This document shows positions 1-12,000 of a DNA stretch of 64,000 bases, one piece after another. Source of the stretch: Candidatus Spongiisociaceae bacterium (GTDB lineage Bacteria > Actinomycetota > Acidimicrobiia > Spongiisociales > Spongiisociaceae); assembly GCA_965243835.1 (NCBI GenBank), contig OZ251578.1, forward strand, positions 533,711 to 597,710, read 5' to 3'. Numbering within the stretch: position 1 is the first letter of the stretch; the number at the start of each line of letters is the position of its first letter. The notes beneath the pieces are model-generated. The model was not told the DNA's origin. It saw only the letters and a program-made list of their open reading frames with translations, and searched no databases. The position numbers and the translations under genes were made by a program.

Positions 1-2
1 TC

Positions 3-3000
3 CCGGACGGGGCCTCCCACGCCGGTGCCGCCTTTGACCTGACCGTCGTCGACGATGCGGATGCGGAGGGGGTGGAGACGTTGTCGGTGACCTCCCCGGC
101 GGTCGTTTCCACGGCCGGTTGGCTGGTCGTTTCCCCGGGTTCGGTGACCATTGCCGACGACGAGACGGTCCCCACCGACAAGGTGGTCAACCTGCTCGTC
201 GGGCGCACCAGGGTTACGGAGGGAGGGTCCGACCAGTCGGTAACCGTTTACGCCTACTTGCCGGCCGCCCAGGCAACCGAGACCACCGACATTACCCTGT
301 CGCTGGCGTTGGCGGACGGCGCCGCCACCGTCGCCGACGGGGACTACGCGCCCCTGTCGGGCAACGTGGTTCTTACCATCCCGGCCCAGAAGCGGTTCGG
401 AAAAGCGACCGTTCCCATCGCCGTTCCCCAAGACGACGCCCCCGAGTCGGAGCAGACGGTTTTTCTGCGGGCGGTTTCCACTCCCGCCGGGTTCCACGCG
501 CACCCCTCCGAGTTCACGATCACCATCGCCGACGATGACGAAAAGGCGATAAACCTGTCCCTGGATCAAACCACCGTGGCCGAAGGCGGCTCCGATCAGA
601 CGGTGACGGTTACCGCCGCATTTCCGGACAGCCAAGGACCGGCTGATTCCGACACCGTTCTGCAGTTGAATTTGGCGGACGGCACCGCCGCGGCCGGCAG
701 CGATTACACGGCTTTGGCGGCCAATGCGGTTTTGACTATTCCCGCGGGCCAGACCTCGGCCACCGCCGACGTAGTGATCGCGGTTCCCGACGATCAGGAC
801 GTTGAGTACGAGAAGACCGTTTTGCTAAGGGTGGTTTCCTCGCCCGCCGGGTTCAATATCCTCCCCGCCGAGTTCATCGTCGCTATTATCGATAATGAAG
901 ACAAGGTAATTAATCTGTCGCTTGATCAGGAAAGCGTGACGGAGGGCGCATCTGATCAGACGGTGACGGTCACCGCCTCCTTCCCCGACGGTCAGGGGCC
1001 CGAGTCTTCCGACACCGTCGTTAGTTTCAACCTGGCGGACGGCACCGCTACGTCCGGCAGCGATTATACGGTCTTGGCAGCCAACGTGGATTTGACGATT
1101 CCCATGGGGGATTCGTCGGCCACCGCCGATGTGACGATAACCGTTCCCAACGACAACAACGCCGAGGCGGACGAGACGGTTATCTTACGGGCGGTTTCCA
1201 CCCCCGCTGGCTTCGCGGTCGCTCCGGACCGGTTCACCATTGCCATTGTCGACGACGACAACAAGCTGATTAACCTGTCGCTTGATCAGACCACCGTGGC
1301 GGAGAGCGGAGATGATCAGACGGTGACGGTCACCGCCTCTTTCCCCGGCGCCCAGGGGACCGAGTCTTCGGATACTGCGTTCAGTCTCAACCTGGCGGAC
1401 GGTACCGCTACGGCGGCCGACGGCGATTATACGGCGTTGTCGGGCAATGTGGATTTGACGATTCCCATGGGCGATACGTCGGTTGCCGCGGATGTGACCG
1501 TCGCCGTTTCTCCGGACACTGTCCCCGAGGCGGATCAGACGGTTATCCTGCGGCCGATTTCCGTCCCCTCCGGCTTTATTACCGTTCCCCGCGAGCTCGT
1601 CATCACCATCGCCGACGGTGATTTTAAGATTATCAACCTGTCGATTGACCAGACTACCGTGGCGGAGGGCGGGTCCGATCAGACGGTGACGGTAACCGCT
1701 ACATTGCCGGAGGGTCAATGGACGGAGTTAACCCCTACTACGATCGGTCTGAACCTGGTGGACGGCACCGCGCGGGCCGCCGACGGTGATTACGCGGCGT
1801 TGACGGGCAATGTGGATTTGACGATTCCCGCCGGTCAGTCCTCGGCCGCCGTTGACGTGACCATCGACATTCCGCAGGATGCCGTTTTTGAGCCGGATCA
1901 GACGGTTATCCTGCGGGCGGTTTCCGCCCCGGCTCCTTTCCGGGTTACCCCCGTCGAGTTCCCCATTGCCATCGTGGACGATGACAAGGCGGTTACTTTG
2001 TCGATTGATCAGACGACCGTGGCGGAGGGCGGGGCCGATCAGACGGTGACGGTCACCGCCGCCTTGCCGGATATCCAGGGGACGGAATCCACCGCTACCA
2101 CGGTCAGTTTCAACCTGGAGGACGGCAGTGCGGTAGCGGCCGATGGTGATTATACGGCGTTGGCGGGCAATGTGGATTTGACGATTCCCGCCGGTCAGTC
2201 GTCGGCTACCGCCGACGTGACCATCGCCGTTCCCGATGATTCTAAACAGGAGGAGGACAAGACGGTTATCCTGCGGGCGGTCGCCGTCCCGGACGGGTTT
2301 GCGGCGGTGAGGCCGGACGCGTTCGTCGTCACGATCACCGACGACGACAACAAGTACCTCGATTTGTCGATTGATCAAACAAGCGTGGCCGAAGGCGGGT
2401 CCGATCAGACGGTGACGGTAACCGCTTCGTTCCCGGACGGGCAGGGGACCGAATCCGCCGCCACTACGGTCAGCCTGCAGTTGGCGGACGGTTCCGCTAC
2501 GGCGGCCGATGGCGATTACACGGCGTTGGCGGGCAATGTGGATTTGACGATTCCCATGGGCGATACGTCGGCTACCGCCGATGTGACCATCGCCGTCCCC
2601 CAAGATACCGTTCCGGAGGCGGAGCAGACGGTTATCCTGCGGGCGGTTTCCACTCCCACCGGGTTTACCGCGGTGCGACCCTCCGCGCTGACCGTTGTCA
2701 TTACCGACGACGAGAAGGTCATCCACCTGTCTGTCGACCAAACCCGCGTGGCGGAAGGCGGGTCCGATCAGACGGTGACTGTTACCGCTTCTTTCCCGGA
2801 CGGTCAGGGAACCGAATCCGGTTCCACCGCCATCACTCTCAACCTGGCGGACGGTTCCGCCACGACCGCCGATAACGACTATACGGCCTTGTCGGGCGCC
2901 GTTGCCTTGACCATCCCCTCCGGCGCTTCTTCAGCCACCGCCGACGTGACCATCGCCGTTCCCCAAGACACCGTTCCGGAGGCGGATCAGACGGTCATCC

Positions 3001-6000
3001 TGCACGCGGTTGCCACCCCGTCCGGCTTCACGGTCATGCCAACCCGGTTCGCCGTCACCATCACCGACGACGACGCCGGCATTACCCCCTTGGACGCCGC
3101 CCTATGCTCGGACGGGACTTACGTGGAAGACACCTCCAACGCCGGCCTGATCGCCGACTGCCAGGCCCTGGTGGACATCCGCAACCATTTCACCAACTTG
3201 GTTGCCAACGCCGACCTGCCGGTAAGAGTCGACGAGGAGCATTTCCTGCGCATTTGGGGGAAGACCAGGTTTGCTCTATGGCGACGGAGCGAAGGTGCTA
3301 GGCCTCGGAGCGAGTTCGAAACCCGGGATGTCCGATCTTGGCCGGGAGTTACAGTGCAGGAGGCGGACGGCGTCTTGCGGGTAACGGGCTTGGCATTGCC
3401 TACGGAACCGGCGCCGTTGCTTACTTATAATACGCAGTACTCCATTATAGATCAAGTACCGGTGCCTTCCGGCATCGATGCGGAGCCGTATCGGCTGGCC
3501 GGTTCGGTCCCGGAGGCGATCGGCCGCCTGACCGAGTTGGCCAGTTTGGATTTGAGCGGCAACAGCTTGTCGGGGGGAGTTCCCAGCCGGGCTTTGCCGC
3601 CCGGTTTGACGAGCTTGGACTTGGCGGGGAATGATCTGTTTTTGGGAGCGTTGGATGTAACTTCCCTCACGGGCCTGGAAGAGTTGCGGTTGGAGGGCGT
3701 CTCGCTGGCGGCGTGGCCGACCGGCATTAGTACGGGCGTTAAGGTCTTGGATATGAGCGATACCGGATTGTCGGGTTCCCTCCCTGATTTGTCGGGCTGG
3801 CGGGCGTTGGAGTTGTTGGATTTGTCGGGGAATGATTTGTCGGGTTCGGCGCTGGCGGGTTTGTCGGGGGCTACGGAGTTGGAGGTTTTGGATTTGGGAG
3901 GCAACCGGCTGTCGGGCGGGCTTCCCGCGGAGTGGGGTCCGCAACGCGCGACGGGTTTGCGGTCGTTGCGGGTGTTGGATTTGTCGGGGAATGATTTGTC
4001 GGGCGCGTTGCCTGTTTTGGCCGAGTTTGCTCATTGGGATTTGACGTTTTTGGATTTGTCGGGCAATCGGTTGTCGGGTTCGGTTCCGGCGTGGTTGGGG
4101 GTGATATCCGGTTTGACTCATCTGAACTTGTCGGGGAATGATTTCTCCGGGGCGTTGCCGGGTTTGGAGAGGATGACGGGGCTTGAGTATTTGAACTTGA
4201 ACGGGAACGGGTTTTCGGGGGTGATCCCGGCGGGGTGGGCGGCTTTGATCGGCCTGCGACAGTTGCGGATGGACGATAACCGGTTGTCGGGTCCCTTCCC
4301 GGCCTGGGTGGGCCGCTTGTCCAATTTGCAACATCTGCACTTGGCGGGGAACCGGTTGACGGGCGCCATCCCGGCCAGTTTGGGAGACTTGGATTTGATC
4401 CATTTGGATTTGTCGGGCAACCGGTTGCGGGGGTCCATCCCGGCCTCGTTGGGCGGTTTGAGCGGTTTGCGGTTGTTGAGACTGGGCGATAACCGGTTGT
4501 CGGGGTCGATTCCGGCGGGGGTGTACGTGGGTCGGGATCCGGTGTCGGGGGAGGCCCGGGCCGGGTTGGAGGCGTTGACGGGTTTGGAGGTGTTGGATTT
4601 GGGCGGGAACTTGCTGGAGGGCGTCATTCCCCCCGCGTTGGGTCAGATGGCCGGTTTGCGGGAGCTGGACCTGGGCGGCAACCGGCTGCAGGGTTCCCTC
4701 CCGGATAGTTTGGGCGGTTTGACGGGTTTGGAGAGGTTGGTTGTAGGAGACAACCGGTTGCGGGGCGGTTTGCCGACCGCGGCGTTGGGTACTTTGACCG
4801 GGTTGGTTTATTTGGACGCGGGCGGCAACCCGGACTTGTATCCGCATGGCGATGTGGGGAGCGAGGTTTTGGGGTTGGGGTCGTGGTGGCCGGCGGTGGA
4901 TGAGGTGACGCATTTGGATTTGAGCGGGATCGGCATGGCGGGGGTTTTCCCGTCCGGTTTGGAGTCGTTGTCCCGTCTCGTCTACCTGGATTTGTCCGGC
5001 AACCGCCTGACCGGGCCGCTCCCGGCGGCGCTGGGCGGTTTGGAGGAGTTGGAGACGTTGCTGGTAGGGGATAACCGTCTGACGGGCCCGGTTCCGGCGG
5101 GGTGGGGGCGACTGTCGGCGGCGGGGGGCGGTTCCCTGGCGCGGTTGGGGTTGTGCGGCAACGCTTTTACGGGAAGGTTGCCCGGTTTGCTGACCTCGGG
5201 GGTGGAGCTGACGGGTTACCCGTCCGGCGCGGCGCCGAGGGAGGCGGGGGCGTGCAACCGGGGGGCGGCCTTGAGCGTCTACCCGGGACTGGTGGGCGAA
5301 GACGCGGGGGCCACCGAGGTAACCGTAACCGCCCGCCGTTTTGACACCAGCCCGATTGACGAGGAGGCGGTGGTGTTCTTCACGTTGTCCGGCGCTGACG
5401 GCGGGGCGCAGTTGGGGTCTGATTTCACGTTCCGGGACCCGAACGGGGAAACGTTCTCGCCCCCGGCGCCGAGCGGGTGGGTGCGGCTGAGCACGGACGC
5501 GACGCAGCCGTTGCCGGAGGGCGCGGCGGCCACGGTGCGGGTGACGGCGGCGTTGCCGGCGGGGGTTGCCAACTCGCAGGAAGTGCGGGTGCGGTTGCAG
5601 GTCGGCGCCGCGCACGACCCGGCCCGGGTCGGCGCCCGCATCGGGGATGGCGACTACTCCTATGAGGTAGTGGGCGGCGGGACGGCGGAGGTGGTGATCC
5701 CCACCGGCGCCAACAGCGCCTCGGTTGATTTGCGGGTGTCGCCCTACGCGGACGGGGAGCGCGAGGGGGTGGAAAATTTCACCATCACCGGGGTGGCCAA
5801 CGGTTGCGTGGGCGTTCCGGTGGACGGATGCACGGTGGGCCCCACCGCGGCGGCCATCACCGATCCGGGAAGCCCCGTCGTGTTGCCATTGTTAATCCCC
5901 GCCGGGCGCCGCACCGCCGTCGCCATAGTGGAAATAACCCCCGTCGACGACGGAAACGTCGAGTCGCCGGTGGAGAACCTGCTGATCACCGGTTCCGCAA

Positions 6001-9000
6001 CCGGGTTCCCGGTACAGGCCGCCGTCCTGGGAATCGCGGACGACGATGACGCGCCGCAGGCGATGGGATGGACGCTCAACACGACCAGCGTGGAGGAAAG
6101 CTCCGGTGAAATCGAGGTAGAGGTCGAGGTTGTTAATTCAGGCGACAAGATCCGCTCCCGGGATTATACGGTTTCTTTCACGGTGGGGGACGACGATGAT
6201 ACGGCGGCTGCGGGGCGGGATTACGACGTGGTGGCTGATTTTGAGGTGGTGGTTCCGGCGGGCCGCTCCCGCGCTACGGGCTCGTTCACCCTGTCGGGAA
6301 CGGCGGACGGGTTGGACGAGCCGGACGAAACCTTGACAGTGACGCCCTCGACGGCGGACAGGGTGTCGGTGCAATCCTTGGAGGGGACTACCGCGGTTAC
6401 GTTGACGGATGCGGACGCATCCCCCGCCCGGGTGGCGTTGTCCGCTGATGTCGACCCGGTCGCCGGCGGGGCGCAGACCTCGTTGACGGAGGAGGCGGGG
6501 AGGCGGCTGGTGACGGTTACGGCCGGGTTCCCGGAGGGGGCGGGCCTTTCCCCGGTGCGGACGGTGGTGGACGTGGCGGTGGGAGGCCAGTCGGGGTTGG
6601 CGAGCACGGCGGTGCGGGGGGAGGATTACCGGGCGGCGGAGTCGGTGCGGGTGGTGATCCCGGCCGGGGAGCGGAGCGGATCGGCCTCGTTCGTAATGGA
6701 GGTTATAGACGATGCGACGCTCGGGGAGCCGGATGAGACCGTCAGCCTGGTGGGGACCATCGCCGAGGGGGCGACCCTGCCGGTGGACCATACGACCCTG
6801 CCGGTGGATCATCTCGCCCTGACGATCACCGACGATGATTGGGGGATTGAGTTGAGCCTCAGTACGGAGGAGGCGGCGGAAGGAGAGGGGGCGGTCTCGG
6901 TGACGGTGACGGCCGGCTTTGAAGCGTCGGTTACGCCGCCCCGGTACGCCTCCACCATAGTGACGGTGACGGTAGGGGCGGCGGGCGATTCGGCGATGCG
7001 CAGTCCGGAGGATGATCCGTCCACTCCGGGAGTGGACGAGTCGCAAGCCGGGGATTACACCGCTCCGCAGACGGTGACGGTAACCATCCCGGGCAACCAC
7101 CGCTCCTTCACTAATTCCTTTACCGTGACGGTGCGCGACGACCGGGACGCCGAAGACGATGAAACCATAACCCTCGTCGGCGAGGCGTGGAACTGGAGCA
7201 GGGGCGTCGACGGATACGTAATCGACCCGGTCGTCCTCACCATCCCCGCCAACGACGCCGCCCCCATAGTTAACCTGGCCGTGGATCCGGCCACCGTCGC
7301 GGAACCGGCCTTCGGCTCCCGCCCCGCCGTCGTCACCCTCACCGCTTCCCTCCCCGACGGCTCCCCCCTGCTCGACCGGGACACGGCGGTGAACGTGTCC
7401 GCGGCCGCCGTCTCCGGGGATACGGCCGTTTCCCGGTCGGATTTCCTGCCCCGGGACAGCCTGGAACTGGTCATCCCGGCCGGCTCCGACTCCGTCTCCG
7501 TTCCCTACCGACTGGTCATACTCGGCGACGGGGAGACGGAAAGCCCCGAAACCCTGACCCTTTCCGGCCGGGCGGCCGGGCTGGTCGTCAACCCGGCGCA
7601 GTTGACCATCACCGACCCGGCGACCGTCCCGGGAATCGTTACGGAGGCGGCTTTCTTGTCCGTCAGCCCGGCCGCGGTCACCGAAAACGCCGCCGACAAC
7701 ACGCAGACCGTAACCGTTACCGCCTCCCTGCCCGTCGGGGTGACCGCCCCCGCGGGGGGAACCACGGTCACCGTCGCGGTGGCGGGCGGAACCGCCGCCG
7801 AAGGGGCCTCCCAAGACTTCACCGCCACCGCCCCGGCCGCCATCGCCATCGCCGCCGGAGCTTCCACCGGAACCACCACTTTCGACTTGACGGTCAAGCC
7901 GGACGCGACTTCCGAAAACGACGAGACGGTGATCGTCTCCGGCTCCTTGTCCGGTTCCCTGGCCTCCACCGCGGTGACCCCGGCCGCGGTGGTCATTCCC
8001 GGCAACGACTCGGCCGCGGCTTTGGATCCGGCAGGTTGCGGGAACGGGACCTGGGTGTCCAATCCGTCCGGCAACGCCAACCGGGTTGCGGGGTGCCGGA
8101 CTTTGATCGCCCTGCGCAACCACTGGCTGGCCAACCCCGACAACGCCGGCCTGCCCGCCGATCACCCGTTGCGCTCCTGGGGTTCCGGCTTGGTCGGTAC
8201 CTGGTCGGGGGTTATGTTTGCGGGGAACGGCCAAGTGTCCGGGTTGGATCTTTCCGGAGAGGGAATAGCGGGTACCATCCCGGCCGCCCTGGCCGATTTG
8301 GGGACGGGGTTGGCCCATCTGGATTTGAGCGGCAACCGTTTGTCGGGGACCATTCCCGACTGGTCCGGTTTGACCGGTTTGGAGGTTGTGGACTTGAGCG
8401 GCAACCGTTTGTCCGGGGCTATTCCCGACTGGTCCGGTTTGACTGATTTGCTGGGTGCGGACTTGAGCGATAATCGTTTGTCGGGGGCTATCCCCGCGTG
8501 GTCGGCGTTGACCGATTTGGACAGTTTGGACTTGAGCGGCAACCATCTGTCGGGATATATTCCCGCGTGGTCGGCGTTGACATTGTTGGACACTTTGGAT
8601 TTGAGCGATAATCGTTTGTCCGGGGTCATTCCCGCGTGGTCGGATTTGACTTTTTTGTCGACTTTGGATTTGAGCGGCAACAATCTGTCGGGGATTATTC
8701 CCAATTGGTCGGCTTTGACGTTGTTGGAGAGTCTGGATTTGAGCGATAATCGTTTGTCGGGGACTATTCCCGATTGGTCGGGTTTTGTTTATTTGCTGAC
8801 TTTGGATTTGAGCGGCAACAATCTGTCGGGGGCTATTCCGGCGGCGTCGGCCTTGACTGATTTGCGGGTGTTGAATTTGGGCGGCAACCGGCTGACGGGG
8901 AACATCCCCTCCGCCATCGGCTCCCTCACTTTCCTCACCAGCCTGGACTTGTCCGACAACGACCTGGACGGATCCATCCCCGCCGCGTTGGGCGGCCTCT

Positions 9001-12000
9001 CCGACTTGGAGAACTTGAATCTGTCCGGCAACCGGTTGCGCGGCTCCATCCCCGCCGCGTTGGGAAAACTGACCAACCTGCGGAGCCTGCATGTGGACGA
9101 CAACCGGCTGACCGGGACCATCCCGGCCGGGATCGGGGAACTGGCCTACTCGCCGGTCCGCTCCGGCGGCTCCCTGCGCCGGTTCAGCTTCTGCGGCAAC
9201 ATCTTCGCCGGCGACCTCCCCGGCGGCCTGTTCAGCGGGTGGGTCCGCTTGGAGGATTCGCCCCGCGACTCCGGGTTCGTGCATCCGCCGTTCCACCCCC
9301 GCCGGCCGCTGGCGGACTGCGAACGGGGAGTGCGGTTGAGCGTCGCCGGCCCGGTGGCCGAAAACGCCAGCCCCGCCCCCGAGGTAACCGTAACCGCCTC
9401 CCTGGTGGGTTTCGGCGGCCCCGGCCAGCCCCCCCTGCCCACCGCCCCCACCGCGGTAACGGTGACGGTGACGGACGGAACCGCCGTCTCTCCCGCGGAT
9501 TACGCGGCGGTGGAGGACTTTGCGATCACCATCCCCGCCGGCCGGTCCTCCGCTGCCGGAACATTCACTTTCACCCCCAACAACAACTCCGTGGCCGAGG
9601 GGGACGAAACCATTCTCATCACCGCCGCCGCCGGGACGATGGCGGCGGCGGGGACGGAACTGGCGGTAATCGACGACGACCGGATCGCCGCTACCGCCAT
9701 TAATTTGACCGTCGACCCCTCCCGGGTGGAGGAAGGATCCGTCACCTCCCTCACGGTTACCGCCTCCCTGCCCGCCGACGCCTTGGCGCGCAACACGGCC
9801 TCCGCCGTGGCCCTGTCCCTGACCGACGGGACGGCCCGGGCCGGAACCGACTTCACCAACGTGACCGGCCAGACGGTGACCATACCCGCCGGCTCCCGCA
9901 CCGGGAGCGTCACTTTCGACCTGACCGCCGCCGAGAACTCCGCCGTCGCGGTCGACAAGGCCTTTACCGTCGCCGGAACGTTATCCTCCATCACGGTCCG
10001 CCCGGCCACGGTGACCATCGCCAACAACGATGTCCCCCCCGACCTGGACCCGGCCATCTGCGACGCCACCGACGTGGTTCCGGCCGGCAACCCCAACCTG
10101 GCGGTCAACTGCCGGGCCTTGGTGGCCGCTCGCAACCACTGGACCGGCGACCTGGCCAACGCGGGCTTGCCCTCCTCCCATCCGTTGCGCAGTTGGGACG
10201 GGTCCACTTCCATCGCCAGTTGGTCGGGGGTAACCGTTTCCACCCTGGGAAGCGGAACCGAACAGTGGATTACCGGACTGGATCTGTCCGCCTCCTCCGC
10301 CGCCGACCGCATCTCCGGGACCATACCCTCCCTGTCCGGTTTGACCGCCCTCGCCTCCCTGGACTTGTCCGGCAACCACCTGACCGGGCCCCTCCCGGCT
10401 TCCCTGCCGCCCACCCTCACTTCCCTGAACGTGTCCGGCAACCGGCTGACCGGGGGGATCCCCTCCGGGCTGGGCGCCCTCCCCCTCACTACTTTCCGTT
10501 TCTGCCAAAACAACTTGTCGGGTCTGTTGCCCGCCGCCCTGCGCACCGGAGTTGCCTACGACGCCGCCTATGCCGACTCCTCCGAGAGGGTGGAGGCCTG
10601 CGCCATCGCCCTCACCCTCTCCGTTACCCCCGACTCCGTCGTCGAAGGCCGCCTCCGTCCGGTGACGGTGGAAGCCCGACTCCCGGCCGGCGTCGCCGCC
10701 CCGGAGGGCGGTCTGACGGTAGCGGTGCGCAGCGAGGCCGGAACCGATTCCGGAACCGCCACCCCCGCGGATTTCACCCCCGCCTCCGTCACGATTGTCA
10801 TTCCCGCCGGGGAGCGGACCGCCTCCGCCCGCCTGCCCTTGCAAGTGACGGACGATGTGCGGCAGGAGTCGGCCGAGACCATTTCCATCACCGGTTCCGC
10901 CGTCGGCTACAACGTCGCCCCGGCTACGGTGACCATTTCCGCCAACGACGCGACGGCGGCTACCGGCGTGGTGTGGAGCCTGGACCGCGCGGTGGTGGCG
11001 GAAGGGGCCTCCGCCTCCGCCTACCAACTGACCCTGACGGCGGCTATCCCCGACGACACCCGCCCCTTTGCCGCCGCCAAGGACGTACGCCCCGTAGTCG
11101 GCGCGGCGGGCGACTCCGCCGTCAGCGGAACCGACTATACCGCGATTGATTTCACCGGCGACAACATGGTGTTGCCGGCCGGCCAACGCCGGGTTTCTAA
11201 GACTTTCACCCTCACCGTTGCCGCCGACAACCTGTTAGAAGGCGACGAAACCCTCACCATTTCCGGCGCGACGGGCGGCGTCAATACGCTGGTCCCCAAT
11301 CCCATCTCGGTCACCATCACCGACGAGGACGCGCAGGTTGCGTTGGGGGTGAACACCAGTACGGCGGCGGAGCAGGCCGCCGCCCATAGCGTGACCGTCG
11401 TCGCCGCCGCGTCGCCCGGGATCACCGCCCAACGGCACATAAGGATTCCGCTCACCGTTGTGCCGGACACGGCGCAGGCGGCCGATTTCACCGTTTCCGC
11501 TCCCGGTTCCATAGTCATCCCGCAGGGCCAAGGCTCCGGCACGACTTCTTTCAACCTGACCGCCGTCGCCGACTCCGACCAATTGGAACCGGAGGAGAAG
11601 ATCCTCGTAACCAGTCCGGCCACCGGCTTCAAGGTACTAAGCCGATCGGGAGCCGTTTACGAGGATTTACGCAATTTGACCGGTATCGGCATCAGCCCGG
11701 CCGTGATAACCATCCCCGCCTATGACAAAATAGTTACGGTGGATCTTTCCGTGCAGAGAGAAGACCAGAACAACGGCAGTCCCCGAATTTCTTATAGCAG
11801 GCCCCATACGGAGAACGGAATGCCGGTGACTTCCACTGTCACTTTCGCCATGCAGTTCCACTACCCCGGCGGGTCTCCCCATCCCGTCGGATTTACAATT
11901 CAATCAGGCTCTAGTTCCTCTGGTCTAAACGGCAGTACCGTCGTCAGTAACTTCAACGACCAAGTGGTGAACACCACCCCCCGTTTGGTGACCAGCTCCG

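Noticed and set aside
72-74. GTG at 72 as start of the giant protein
   Set aside because: The frame is open from position 3, lies mid-repeat and has no signal peptide.
8310-8861. 69-bp periodic repeats as a CRISPR array
   Set aside because: In-frame LRR coding units without unique spacers; no cas genes in the window.
3085-10605. Diversity-generating retroelement acting on the LRR or loop regions
   Set aside because: No reverse transcriptase and no template/variable repeat pair with adenine-specific differences seen in the window.
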